Below the pieces are notes generated by a model that saw only the letters and a list, made by a program, of their open reading frames with translations, did no database searches and was not told where the DNA came from. Below are positions 38,716-49,836 of a stretch of 64,000 bases of DNA, piece after piece. The stretch is from Candidatus Krumholzibacteriia bacterium (GTDB taxonomy: Bacteria > Krumholzibacteriota > Krumholzibacteriia > LZORAL124-64-63). Position numbers and translations under genes: made by a program. The stretch is taken from assembly GCA_041390065.1 (NCBI GenBank), contig JAWKQQ010000008.1:251846-315845 (forward strand). Direction: 5' to 3'. Position 1 is the stretch's first letter. The number at the start of each line of letters is the position of its first letter.

Positions 38716-40170
38716 TCACCCCGCTTCCCGCAGGTCCGCCCGCAGGCTCCGCAGCGTCACCAGCATCACCTCGTCCACCACGGCCACCCGCCCGGTCGCG
38801 GGCGCCCAGAGCACGGGCTGGCCGGTGACGCGATGGCGCCCCAGCCACGCCTCGCGCACCGACCCGTCGCCGAACCAGCCGCGGACCCGCCAGCGGGGCT
38901 CGGCAGCCAGCGGATCGACGGCGGACGTCGGCAGCAGATCGATCATGCCGAGCCGATCGAGCGTGACCTGCAGGTCGTCGATGTGGTTGGCGGTGGTCTC
39001 GGCGCCGAACGTCAGCGTCCATCCCGGCGGAACGGCGGCGTCCCAGCCGCTCTGGCGCGCCTCGAAGCGGGCCCGCGGATCGGGCGCGCGCCGCCCCCAC
39101 AGGAGCGGACGGTCGGGCTCATCGACATGCAGGCTGTCGGCGTCGGCCAGCCGGTAGCCGAGGGCGGTCAGGTCGAGGAACTCGCCGAGGAAGCCCTCGG
39201 CCGGCGCGAGCGCCTCGGCGCGGGTGATCACCAGGGCCCGCTGGCGGCGGGCCATGACCCGGTCGGCCTCCTGGAGTTCGCCGAAGGCCACCGACCAGGT
39301 GTCCGGTCCCTGGTGCAGGTCGAGCGTGCGGTAGGCGGGCAGGAGCCCGTAGTCCGCCAGGAGATCCGGCGTGGCCCCGGCGGCGGGCACGAAGCCCGTC
39401 ACCGCGGTGTCCGTGGCCCGGAACACGAGGTCGGCCAGACGACGGCGGTCGGCCTGCACCCAGGTGCCGTCGGGCTCGGCGAGGCGGCGGTCGGTGAACC
39501 GGGTGTGGTAGGCGGCGGCGAGCCCCGCGAGGTCGGCCACACCGCCCTCCAGGCGGCACCACCAGCGTCCGTCGGCGCCGCGCCGGAAGCGCCAGGAGGC
39601 GCCATCGCGGCGTCCGAGCGTGAGCGAGTCGACGTCGGCCAGGGTCAGCGGCGGCAGCAGGCGCGGCAAGCGCACGCTGTCCGGCAGACGCACGGCCACG
39701 GCGTAGAGACCGCCGCCGACGCCGAAGACGCCGCGGCGGCCCGCGCCGCTGGCGTAGATCTGGTCGGACACCGGAGCCACGTCGCCGAGGGCCAGGCGTT
39801 CACGGCCGCCGCCGGCGAGGTGGAAGATCAGCTCGATGGCGCCCTCGCCGCCGAAGCCGAAGCGGCGGGCGTCCGGCTCGGTGCCGGGCAGGACGGGGAA
39901 GGCGTCGGCCTCGACCAGGACGGCCAGGGCCGTGTCCATCCGCTCGGCGTCCACGAGGTCCTCGACCTGGCCCTCGAGGCGCCAGCCGCCCGGCTCGCGC
40001 ACCAGCACGTCCGTGCCCAGGGCCCGGCGCACCTCCAGGCGCTCCACCGCCGCCGGTTTGAAAGAGAACATGGGGCCGCCGTGCAGGCCCCGGTCCTGAT
40101 CGGCGGGAGCCGACCAGCGCCAGAGCAGCAGCCCCATGAGCAGAGCCAGGATGATCCCGGCCAGTTTCAC
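38716..40170 (-). CDS. DUF4340-like membrane-anchored protein (GldG-associated)
   Basis: GTG start with an N-terminal TM (MKLAGIILALLMGLLLW). Position immediately downstream of the GldG-like gene. Confidence 0.45.
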   Translation of the reverse strand: MKLAGIILALLMGLLLWRWSAPADQDRGLHGGPMFSFKPAAVERLEVRRALGTDVLVREPGGWRLEGQVEDLVDAERMDTALAVLVEADAFPVLPGTEPDARRFGFGGEGAIELIFHLAGGGRERLALGDVAPVSDQIYASGAGRRGVFGVGGGLYAVAVRLPDSVRLPRLLPPLTLADVDSLTLGRRDGASWRFRRGADGRWWCRLEGGVADLAGLAAAYHTRFTDRRLAEPDGTWVQADRRRLADLVFRATDTAVTGFVPAAGATPDLLADYGLLPAYRTLDLHQGPDTWSVAFGELQEADRVMARRQRALVITRAEALAPAEGFLGEFLDLTALGYRLADADSLHVDEPDRPLLWGRRAPDPRARFEARQSGWDAAVPPGWTLTFGAETTANHIDDLQVTLDRLGMIDLLPTSAVDPLAAEPRWRVRGWFGDGSVREAWLGRHRVTGQPVLWAPATGRVAVVDEVMLVTLRSLRADLREAG

Positions 40171-40189
40171 CAGGTTGGATCGCAAGGGA

Positions 40190-42358
40190 TCAGCGCCTCC
40201 ACTGACGGAACGATACGAAACCGAACCACAGGAGTCCAACCAGGGCCGGCCAGGCGAGCACCGCGACCCAGCCCAGCCACTCCTTGGTGGCATCGTCCAG
40301 CAGCAGGGGTTGGAAGCTCGCGCGTCGTCCGCGGATGCCCAGCAGGTCGTCCTCGGCCGCGATCCAGCCCACCAGGTTGAGGGCCAGGTCGCGGTTGCCG
40401 TAGAGTCCCAGGTTGGCGTTGGTGACGAACGCGCTGCTGCCGATGACGACCAGGCGACCGTCGCGAAGACCCGCCGTGGTGTCGGTCGGCGCGATCTGCA
40501 GGGCGACTCCGAACGGGCTGGGCCCGGGGCGGTCGACGGCGGGGTCGAAACCGGGCAGGCCGCTGTAGCGGAACGCGGGATCGCTGTCCGACCAGGTGTC
40601 CGGACCGGTGAAGAGCAGGGGGCTGCCCTTGACGCCCGCCAGCTCCCGCTGCCGCGACCGCAGGGTCTGCACCAGGGGGAACGTGGTGGTGACGGCCTGC
40701 AGCGGACGCACGGCCGGATGCTCGGTGTAGCCCTCGACGACGACGACGGTCCGCAGGTCGACGCCGGCGCGCGCACCGCCGCGGCTGGGCGCCATCACCA
40801 CGTCGTCGTTCTGCACGATGTTGTAGGCCTCGGTCCAGCGGCGCACAGCCGCCGGCGTGTCCGGTCCGAAGAAGCAGAGCATGGAGCCGCCGCCGTGCAG
40901 CAGCCGATCGAGCAGGGCGAGATCGGCGGCGGCCGGGTCGAGCTTGGGACCGGCCCACGCGAGCAGGCGCGCGTCCGCGGGCAGGAAGGCGCGGTCGGTC
41001 AGCACCAGCGGGCGCACGTCGTAGCCGGCGTCGTCGAGCAGGCCGGCGAGCTGGCTCGCGCCGCCGGGTTCGTCGAGATCGATGCGGGCCTCGCCGTGGC
41101 CGAGCAGCCAGTAGAGCACCGGCCGCGTGTCGGTCGCGAGGCGGTAGATCGCGCCTGCCAGCTGACCTTCGTCGGGCTCGAGCAACTGGCGCTGCCGGCC
41201 GCCGCTCATCACCACCACCGTGCGGGCCACCGCCACCTCGTGCTGGCGCACGAGATCCGGATCGACGTCCGGATCGACGATCTCGAAGCGGACGTGGGGC
41301 GAGCGGTCGGCGAACGACTGCAGCAGCGCCTGCGCCGCCTGCCGGGTGCCGTCGAGGCTCTGGTAGAACGCCAGCAGAGTGACCTCGGCCGCCTCGCCGT
41401 CGGGGCCGGCGCGGTCGAGGCTGTCGAGGATCTGCTCGGTCTGCGGGGCGAGGCTGTAGAGGCGGTCGGGGGTGAGGTCCAGGCGCAGCGGCCGGCGCAC
41501 CGCGACCGCCTGCAGGAACACCGCCACCACGGCGATCGCGAGCACCGGCGCCCACGGCCGCAGCTTGCGGCCCGGCGCGAGGCGACGCTGCTCCAGCGCG
41601 GCCGCGGCCACGGCCAGGCCCACGGCCGCCAGGCTCAGGAAGTAGAGCACGTCGCGGCTATCGAGCACGCCGCCGGCGAAGCGCAGGAAGTGGCCGCCGA
41701 GCGCCAGCTCGCCCAGCACCCGGCCCAGCGCGCCCGGGACGAACGGCTCCAGCTGCCCGACCAGGAACAGCCCCAGCGTCACCACGAACGACAGGAAGTA
41801 GGCGGCGGCCTGGTGGCTGACCAGCGCCGACGCGGCCACCCCCCAGGCGGCCACGGCCGCGCCCAGCAGGAGCAACCCCAGCAGCGAGGTGAGCAGCGGC
41901 TGCCACTGCGGCGCCACCGGCGGATCGGCCAGGCGACCCAGCACCCCGGTGAGTCCGAAGTAGAACGACGTCCCCACGAGGAGCAGCGCCACCACCACGA
42001 CCACCGAGAGCCACTTGCCGATCACCCAGCTGCGCGCGGGAACCGGCCAGCTCGCGAGCAGCTCGTAGCGGCCGCTGCGGTACTCGCTGCTCAGCAGGCG
42101 CATCGTCACCGCCGGCAGCAGGAACAGGAGGAACAGGACCACGTCGCCGTAGAGCTTGTGGAAGATGCCGGCATGCAGGTTGAGGAACACGGGCCGTCCG
42201 CTGCGCACGGTGGCCAGGCTGGTGTCGGCGTACCCGCGCACGAACAGGAAGTAGAACAGGCCGGTGAGCACCAGGAAACCGGCGGTGATCACGGGCGCCT
42301 GCGTGCTCGAGAGGAAGGCCCGGGATTCGCGGCGCAGGATGGCGAGGATCTGCCTCAT
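40190..42358 (-). CDS. ABC-2 permease fused to GldG-like auxiliary domain (GldF-GldG fusion)
   Basis: Start MRQILAILRRE overlaps the ATPase stop (ATGA). Six-TM ABC-2 permease segment, then a large GldG-like domain ending in a TM (WLGWVAVLAWPALVGLLWFGF). Confidence 0.6.
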   Translation of the reverse strand: MRQILAILRRESRAFLSSTQAPVITAGFLVLTGLFYFLFVRGYADTSLATVRSGRPVFLNLHAGIFHKLYGDVVLFLLFLLPAVTMRLLSSEYRSGRYELLASWPVPARSWVIGKWLSVVVVVALLLVGTSFYFGLTGVLGRLADPPVAPQWQPLLTSLLGLLLLGAAVAAWGVAASALVSHQAAAYFLSFVVTLGLFLVGQLEPFVPGALGRVLGELALGGHFLRFAGGVLDSRDVLYFLSLAAVGLAVAAAALEQRRLAPGRKLRPWAPVLAIAVVAVFLQAVAVRRPLRLDLTPDRLYSLAPQTEQILDSLDRAGPDGEAAEVTLLAFYQSLDGTRQAAQALLQSFADRSPHVRFEIVDPDVDPDLVRQHEVAVARTVVVMSGGRQRQLLEPDEGQLAGAIYRLATDTRPVLYWLLGHGEARIDLDEPGGASQLAGLLDDAGYDVRPLVLTDRAFLPADARLLAWAGPKLDPAAADLALLDRLLHGGGSMLCFFGPDTPAAVRRWTEAYNIVQNDDVVMAPSRGGARAGVDLRTVVVVEGYTEHPAVRPLQAVTTTFPLVQTLRSRQRELAGVKGSPLLFTGPDTWSDSDPAFRYSGLPGFDPAVDRPGPSPFGVALQIAPTDTTAGLRDGRLVVIGSSAFVTNANLGLYGNRDLALNLVGWIAAEDDLLGIRGRRASFQPLLLDDATKEWLGWVAVLAWPALVGLLWFGFVSFRQWRR

Positions 42359-43326
42359 GCGTCGTCCCCCTCGGTCGGCGGCGATGACGCCGCCGGATCC
42401 GGCGCGGGCGGCACGCCGGTCAGGCGCAGGAAGAGATCCTCGAGCGTCGGGCCGCGCTCCTCGAGGCCCTGCAGGCGGCCGCCGGCGCGGAGCACCGACT
42501 CCACGAGCTGCGGCTTGATCTCCACGGCGTTGCCGGCGATGACGACCTCGGCGCCGCACGCGGTCGCGGTGACGGCGTCCCGGCCGACGACCGCGGCCAG
42601 GGCTTCGACCACGGCCGCGCGGTCGCCCTCCCAGCTCAGGTGCACGGTGCTCGCGCCACCGCTTGCACCCTGGAGAGAGGCGCCGCTCTCCTCGGCCACG
42701 ACGCGGCCATGGTCGAGGATGATGATGCGGTCGCACACCTGAGCCACCTCGGCCAGGATGTGGCTGGACAGGAGCACGGTCTTCTCGCCGCGGAACTCGC
42801 GCACCAGCTGGCGGATCTCCACGATCTGGTGCGGATCGAGCCCCGCGGTGGGCTCGTCGAGGATCAGCACCGGCGGGTCGCCCACCAGGGCCTGGGCCAG
42901 GCCGACGCGCTGCCGGAAGCCCTTGGAGAGCTGGCCCACCGGGCGGGCGGCCACCTCGCCGAGGTGGCAGCGGGCGATGATCCGATCGAGCTGGGCGCGG
43001 CGGACGGCGCGCGGCACGCCCTTGAGGTCGGCCACGAACTCGAGCAGTTCGCACACGGCGGTGTCGGGGTAGAGCGGCGTGTTTTCGGGCATGAAGCCCA
43101 CCTGACGACGGGCGGCCAGCGGATCGGCCACCACGTCGCGCCCCCCCACGCGCACCTCTCCGTGGCCGGGCGCGAGGCTGCCGGTGAGGATCTTCATGCA
43201 GGTCGACTTGCCCGCGCCGTTGGGCCCCAGGAAGCCGGCCACCTCGCCCTCGGCGACTCGGAAGCTCACGTCGTCGAGGGCGAGGACCTTGCCGAAGCGG
43301 CGGCGGAGATGACGGACCTCGATCAC
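42355..43326 (-). CDS. ABC transporter ATP-binding protein (GldA-like)
   Basis: Walker A GPNGAGKST, signature LSKGFRQRV, Walker B ILDEPTAGLD. Confidence 0.85.
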   Translation of the reverse strand: MIEVRHLRRRFGKVLALDDVSFRVAEGEVAGFLGPNGAGKSTCMKILTGSLAPGHGEVRVGGRDVVADPLAARRQVGFMPENTPLYPDTAVCELLEFVADLKGVPRAVRRAQLDRIIARCHLGEVAARPVGQLSKGFRQRVGLAQALVGDPPVLILDEPTAGLDPHQIVEIRQLVREFRGEKTVLLSSHILAEVAQVCDRIIILDHGRVVAEESGASLQGASGGASTVHLSWEGDRAAVVEALAAVVGRDAVTATACGAEVVIAGNAVEIKPQLVESVLRAGGRLQGLEERGPTLEDLFLRLTGVPPAPDPAASSPPTEGDDA

Positions 43327-43351
43327 TGGCGCCTCCCGAGGGAACCGCGGA

Positions 43352-44362
<1,011 letters not shown>

Positions 44363-44537
44363 GGCATCCTTTCTCGTTCGGGTCGCTCGCTGCGCCGCCG
44401 GCGCGGAGCTGACCCCGTACCCTAAGGGAGGTGTTGCCGGGGATCAAGCGCCCAGACGCACACCTCGCCGCAGATCGGGCGTCCAGGTCGAAAGATGGGG
44501 ATCCCGGCCGGGAAAGTCCAGATCGGGCGGACCGGCC

Positions 44538-46343
44538 TCAGGGGGCGAGCGTGACCTTGCCCGTGATGGCGGCGCCCTCGGCCGTCGTGATCCGGTAGAG
44601 GTACACGCCGCCCGGCGCCCGCAGGCCCCGGTCGTCCCGTCCGGGCCACACGAGCGTGTTCGGGCCGGCCGCGATCGGACCAGCGGGTGTCTGCCAGATC
44701 CGCCGGCCCCGCAGGTCGTACACGGTCGCCCGGCCGACCGTGGCGGCGGACGACGTGAACTGCAGGGCGACCTGCGGGTTGCCCGGGTTCGGCCGCGGCC
44801 CGAGGTCGGTCAACCCGGCGGCTGCGGTCGTCGGTTCGACCGCCAGCGCCGTCATGGTCTCCTTGATGTGGTCGACGTTGATGTGACCGTCGACCGCGGC
44901 GTCGACGATGGCGACGTAGACCTCGCGGCCGTCGTACGGCACGAGGTCCCACCAGCGCTCGGTCATGGTCGTCTGCCCGTCGCCGGATTCACGGTAGATC
45001 ATGGTGTCCGTCGCGGCGTCCATGAGCGCCACGTAGCAGTGTTCGGGGTCGTCGGTGCCGCCGACCCGCAGGCTCATGCTGAGGCCCGTGATGACGAACG
45101 GATGGCTCCGCAGCGAGCCCGTGGCCGCCTCGCCGAGCATCTGGCCCGGCTGGCCGCGGCCGGACAGCGGCCCCTGGAAGTACTCCGCGGAGCCGAAGTA
45201 GCACGTGCCGACCAGACCCACGCTCTCCTCGCCGCGGCGCTTCGGGTTGTCGCCGAAGGTGGGATTGCCGAGCACGCTGTTGCCCGTGAACGCGGCGAAC
45301 TCACGCGCCAACGGCGGCGTCCGGTGCACCGTGGGCGCGGCCAGTCCCTCGCCGAACCGCAGGGTGTCGGTCCGGACCACGAACGCCAGCTGGCCCAGAT
45401 GAGGCTCGCTGAAGGGCGCGATGCGCGAGAGCAGCCACGACTGCCCGCCGTCGAAGCTGTCGACCTCGGGCGCGAGGCCCTGGTCGATGATGGTGCGGGC
45501 GGCGAAGCTCCAGGCGCCGGGCTCGTTCGCCGCCAGGTGGCTGATGCCCGAGGTCCCGTACTCGTGGAACAGGAGGTGATGCACTCCCTGCCGGACGATG
45601 TACTGGCTGCTCTCCAGGGACGCGGTCGGGGTGGCGCTGCCGTTGAGCAGGAAGACCTCCGGGTCGGTCCAGGCATGCACGGTGATCGCGGTCGCCATCG
45701 CCAGCGCGGCGCGTCCGCCCGGCAGATCGTTCGTCCGCACGGTGGTCAGCATGTGCCACTGCCCGTCCTCGACGTAGAGATACGGGTCGCGGCACTCGCT
45801 CCACTGACCATCCGGATCGTAGAAGAACTCCGGCGGGGCCGGCTCCTGCACCGGGTTCAGCGGCGACTTCGACCAGTTCACCAGATCGGTCGAGTAGGCC
45901 GTGCAGATGCGCTGGTTGGAGGCGTCATCCACGCCGGTGTAAGCCATCCACCAGAGGTGGGTGCCGGCATCGTAGACCACGTCCGGCGCCCACAGGGCCC
46001 GCGACTCGTAGGGCGCCGAGGACACCGCGAGCACCTGGACAGGCGGCGACCAGTGGATCAGGTCTCCGCTCGTGCTGTACCAGATGTGGTCCGACGATCC
46101 GGGATAGGGGTCGTCCATCGGGATGGCCCCGTAGTAGAGGACGTACAGCGTGTTCCACTTCACGAGGCAGAAGTCCCAGACCTGCCAATCGGGATGCACG
46201 TAGTACGGTTGCTCGAAGTCGATGACATGGAGCGCGTGGGCCCCGACGGCCGGCAGACCGAGCAACGCGAGCACGAGCAGGCCGCGCGCCACGGCCGGCA
46301 GGCCGAGGCGCGAGGTCGTGCGGGCGAGGACGCCGAGGGTCAT
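44538..46343 (-). CDS. secreted GH32-like five-bladed beta-propeller protein with T9SS type-A CTD (paralog 1)
   Basis: Signal peptide. PYYVHPDWQVWDFC..LYVLYYG..HIWYSTSGDLIHWS parallels the GH32 N-terminal blocks, but WMNDPNG is replaced by WQVWDFC. RDP is present in SECRDPYLY. C-terminus PNPGNP..VYDLRGRRIW..GVYLYRI. Confidence 0.5.
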   Translation of the reverse strand: MTLGVLARTTSRLGLPAVARGLLVLALLGLPAVGAHALHVIDFEQPYYVHPDWQVWDFCLVKWNTLYVLYYGAIPMDDPYPGSSDHIWYSTSGDLIHWSPPVQVLAVSSAPYESRALWAPDVVYDAGTHLWWMAYTGVDDASNQRICTAYSTDLVNWSKSPLNPVQEPAPPEFFYDPDGQWSECRDPYLYVEDGQWHMLTTVRTNDLPGGRAALAMATAITVHAWTDPEVFLLNGSATPTASLESSQYIVRQGVHHLLFHEYGTSGISHLAANEPGAWSFAARTIIDQGLAPEVDSFDGGQSWLLSRIAPFSEPHLGQLAFVVRTDTLRFGEGLAAPTVHRTPPLAREFAAFTGNSVLGNPTFGDNPKRRGEESVGLVGTCYFGSAEYFQGPLSGRGQPGQMLGEAATGSLRSHPFVITGLSMSLRVGGTDDPEHCYVALMDAATDTMIYRESGDGQTTMTERWWDLVPYDGREVYVAIVDAAVDGHINVDHIKETMTALAVEPTTAAAGLTDLGPRPNPGNPQVALQFTSSAATVGRATVYDLRGRRIWQTPAGPIAAGPNTLVWPGRDDRGLRAPGGVYLYRITTAEGAAITGKVTLAP

Positions 46344-46447
46344 GTCGGGGCGGCCTCCAGATGGAGGAGAGAATGCACCCTATCGGGGGTGCTTTCGGAG
46401 GATTCTATACGATTTCGTTCTGCGCGTGTGGCGATATCGTGATTTCA

Positions 46448-48265
46448 TCACGGGATCAGGGTCACCTTCCCCGAAACCGCCTCGCCGGCGCCGCCCGTGA
46501 TCCGGTAGACATAAACGCCGCCGGCGAGCCGGCCGCCGCGGTCGGACTCGCCCGACCAGCTGACGCCGTTGGCCCCGACCTGACCCTGCAACGGCCCGGA
46601 GCGCCAGACGCGGCGGCCGCGCAGGTCGTAGACGGCGGCGTCGACCGTGGCCGCACGCGCGAGGCTGTACCGGAGCGTGGTCCGGGGGTTGAACGGATTC
46701 GGCCAGGCGCCCAGGTCGCGCAGGCCCGTCGCCGGCGGCGCCGGCTCCGGCACGGCGGTGATCACGTCGTACGTTTCCTGGATCTCGTCGAGGTTGATGT
46801 AGCCGTCGTAGGCCGCGTCCTCGATGCGGAGGTAGACCGAGCGCCCCTGCAGATCCGTGACGTCCCACCAGCGCTGGACCATGGTCTCGGCGCCGTTGCC
46901 CGTGGTGCGGCGCAGCACGGTGTCGACGTCGGCGTCGCAGAGGGCGATGTAGCAGAGATCGGGCTGGTTGGAACCGCCGATGAGGAATCGGATGGCCGTG
47001 CCTTCGATCACGAAGTCGTGGCTGCGCAGGAAGCCGGTGGCCGAGTTGCCGAGCTCGATGCCGGCGGCGCCCCGGTTGGACAGCGGACCGCGGAAGTACT
47101 CGCGCGAACCGAAGTAGCTGTTGCCGACCGTGCCGGCCGGCGGATCGCCGCGGGCCGCCGGATTGTCGCCGAAGCAAGGGTTGCCCAGGCACATGCTGCC
47201 GCCGTAGGCCACGAAGTCGCGCGCCCACGGGTCGGCCCGGAACACCGTCGGCGCCACTGCACCCTGCCGGAACTGCAGCGTGTCGATCCGCGTCGCCACG
47301 CTGACGACCGGATTGACCGGCTCCTGGTACGGCGCCGCCCGCGACAGCAGCCAGGTCTGGCCGTCGTCGAAGGAATCGACCTCCGGAGCGATGCCCAGGT
47401 CGATCATCGTCCGCTCGTCGAACGACCAGCCGCCGGGCTCGGTGGCCCCCAGATGGGTGACGCCCTGGGAACTGTACTCATGGAAGAACAGGTGGTGGCC
47501 GCCGTTGATCTGATGATACTGGCTGCTCTCGAGGGCGTTGGCGGGCGTCTCGCCGGTGTTGAGCAGGAAGACGTCGGGCGCCGACCAGGCCTCGAGATCG
47601 TTGCTGGTCGCGTGCAGCAGGCTGCCCTGGCCCTGCGGCAGGCCGGGCGTCAGCGCCGACGCCAGGATGTGCCACAGGCCGCCCTCCCGGTACAGGAACG
47701 GATCGCGGCATTCCGCCCAGCCGGCGTCGGGGAAGTAGAGGAAGGCGTCACCCGAGGGCTGGAGCACCGGATTGACCGTGGACTTGGTCCAGACGTCGAG
47801 ATCGTCGGACCAGGCCAGGCAGATCCGCTGGTTGTTCAGGTCGTCGACGGCCGTGTAGGCCATGGCCCAGCGGCCCGAATCCGCATCCCACACCACGTCC
47901 GGCGCCCACACCGCCTTCGTCTCGTAGACCTCGTGAGACACCGTGACCGCGTATTCCGGCGCCCCCCAGTGGACGAGGTCGGGACTGGTGGCATGCCAGA
48001 TCACGTCCGATTCGCTCGGATGCGGGTTGGACTCGGGCACCGCGAGGTAGAAGATGTGGTAGAGGCCCTCATGCCGGATGAGGCAGAAATCCCAGACCTG
48101 CCAGCCGTCATGGACGTAGAAGGGCTGCTCGAAATCGATCGAGAGCAGCGCCGTGGCCGAGGCCGCCCAGCCGAGCCCCAGACACAGGACCAGCGACTTC
48201 AGCAGACGGCGCAAGAGGCTGCCGCGGACCGGCCGCGCGGGCGTCGAGGGATGGTTGCGGGGCAT
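46448..48265 (-). CDS. secreted GH32-like five-bladed beta-propeller protein with T9SS type-A CTD (paralog 2)
   Basis: Same architecture as 44538..46343 (FEQPFYVHDGWQVWDFC, AECRDPFLY, C-terminal PNPFNPRTTLRY..VYDLRGRRVW). Confidence 0.5.
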   Translation of the reverse strand: MPRNHPSTPARPVRGSLLRRLLKSLVLCLGLGWAASATALLSIDFEQPFYVHDGWQVWDFCLIRHEGLYHIFYLAVPESNPHPSESDVIWHATSPDLVHWGAPEYAVTVSHEVYETKAVWAPDVVWDADSGRWAMAYTAVDDLNNQRICLAWSDDLDVWTKSTVNPVLQPSGDAFLYFPDAGWAECRDPFLYREGGLWHILASALTPGLPQGQGSLLHATSNDLEAWSAPDVFLLNTGETPANALESSQYHQINGGHHLFFHEYSSQGVTHLGATEPGGWSFDERTMIDLGIAPEVDSFDDGQTWLLSRAAPYQEPVNPVVSVATRIDTLQFRQGAVAPTVFRADPWARDFVAYGGSMCLGNPCFGDNPAARGDPPAGTVGNSYFGSREYFRGPLSNRGAAGIELGNSATGFLRSHDFVIEGTAIRFLIGGSNQPDLCYIALCDADVDTVLRRTTGNGAETMVQRWWDVTDLQGRSVYLRIEDAAYDGYINLDEIQETYDVITAVPEPAPPATGLRDLGAWPNPFNPRTTLRYSLARAATVDAAVYDLRGRRVWRSGPLQGQVGANGVSWSGESDRGGRLAGGVYVYRITGGAGEAVSGKVTLIP

Positions 48266-48587
48266 CGGGTGTCGGCTCCTCCGGGTGACGCCACAGCGGT
48301 CCAGCGGTCGGACGGCGGCCCGATCCCATGGCGGGGATGCGTCGGGCCGACCGGACGAAAGATTATATCAAGGGATGGGGCTTGGGGTCAAATGAAGGTG
48401 GCGGGATTCCCCTCCCAGCCCCCGCCACGTCATGGTACAATCCGACGGTTCTGCCTCGGACATTGTGCGTGGGCCCGCGAAAGCCCGGATCTCGAGGTTC
48501 GACGACAAATAACCTGGGCTGGGGTCAACATTCTGCGGCCCTTTCGGCCCCTCCCGGTACGCGGCACATTTTCCCAGGCAGAACCGC

Positions 48588-49772
48588 ATGACAGAGATCA
48601 AGCCGCTGACGTCGTTGAGGGCCTTCGCCGCGTTCCTGGTCTTCATGTTTCACTACGCCAACGTCTACCGCCCAGAGAACCTGGGCATCCCCTTCGGCGG
48701 CGAGTGGATCCCGCTGATGCCCGTCTGGCGGCAGGGCCCCCTCGGCGTGTCCATCTTCTTCGTGCTCTCGGGGTTCCTCATCACCCGGATCTACTACGAC
48801 GGCATGGCGGACCGCCGGGTGCCCTTGCGGCTGTTCTTCGTCAAGCGCATCGCGCGCATCTGGCCGCTGTTCCTGGTCTTCGCGTGCGTCGAGCACGGGG
48901 TGAAGGTGGCCCAGGGCCTGTGGCGGCCGCACCTCGACTTCCTGGTCACCATGACCATGAGCCAGGGCTTCTTCTACGACCTGCGTTACGCCGGGCTGCC
49001 CACCGCGTGGTCGTTGACCGTGGAGGAGAGCTTCTACGCCCTGGCGCCCCTCGTCTTCCTGGCGGTGGCCCGGCTGGCCGGCCGGCGGCCGGCGCCCGGC
49101 GCCCTGGACCGGGCCGGCCTGGTCCGCCACGCCCTCGGGCTCGCGGTGGTGACCGCGGCGATGGTAGGCCTCGGCGAGGTGCTGGTGCGCCTGGTCCTGC
49201 ACCTGGGCTGGGACTGGGAAGGTTTCATGGGATCGCGCTTCCACATGCGCCACGCCACCATCTTCGGGCGGTTTCCCGAGTTCGCCCTCGGCATGCTGGC
49301 GGCCTTCATCCACCGGGGCGTGCCGCTGCCCAGGTACCTGGGCGGCCGGCGCGCCCCCGCGCTCGCGATCACGACGTTCGGCCTGATCGGCCTGTCGATG
49401 TGGGCCAAGGACTGGACCGTCCAGCATCCATCGGCCGGGGCTGGGCTGGCATCGACCGGCCTGTCATACGCCGTGGCCGTGCTCACCGCCGTGCTGATCC
49501 TGGCCCTGAGCGTCGACGGCAGCCGCCTCTACCGGTGGCTGTCCCACGGTCTGCTCGTCTACCTGGGCAAGATCTCGTACGGCTTCTACCTGATCCAGCT
49601 GACGGTGCTGCTGGCCCCGGCCGTCGCGCTCTCCCACCGGCTGGGCTACTGGCGGGTGCCGGTGCTGCTCGTGCTCACCAACCTGATCTGCGCCGGGTTC
49701 TACCAGTTGGTGGAGGTGCCGGCGCGGCGCGCGATCGTCGCGCGCTGGGGCGGACGCCGGACGACGGCATGA
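48588..49772 (+). CDS. acyltransferase family 3 (OatA/NolL-like) membrane protein
   Basis: About 10 TM helices. N-terminal LRAFAAFLVFMFH signature. Confidence 0.8.
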   Translation: MTEIKPLTSLRAFAAFLVFMFHYANVYRPENLGIPFGGEWIPLMPVWRQGPLGVSIFFVLSGFLITRIYYDGMADRRVPLRLFFVKRIARIWPLFLVFACVEHGVKVAQGLWRPHLDFLVTMTMSQGFFYDLRYAGLPTAWSLTVEESFYALAPLVFLAVARLAGRRPAPGALDRAGLVRHALGLAVVTAAMVGLGEVLVRLVLHLGWDWEGFMGSRFHMRHATIFGRFPEFALGMLAAFIHRGVPLPRYLGGRRAPALAITTFGLIGLSMWAKDWTVQHPSAGAGLASTGLSYAVAVLTAVLILALSVDGSRLYRWLSHGLLVYLGKISYGFYLIQLTVLLAPAVALSHRLGYWRVPVLLVLTNLICAGFYQLVEVPARRAIVARWGGRRTTA

Positions 49773-49836
49773 AACGACGGCCCCGACCCTGGAGTCGGGA
49801 CCGTCGCGTTCATCCGCGAGGGACGGACAGGACCGG

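Noticed and set aside
48266-48587. Possible tRNA (GGTTCGA-like T-loop motif) in the 320-bp intergenic region
   Set aside because: No flanking complementary stems or anticodon arm could be built. More likely a promoter region (TGGTACAAT extended -10-like).
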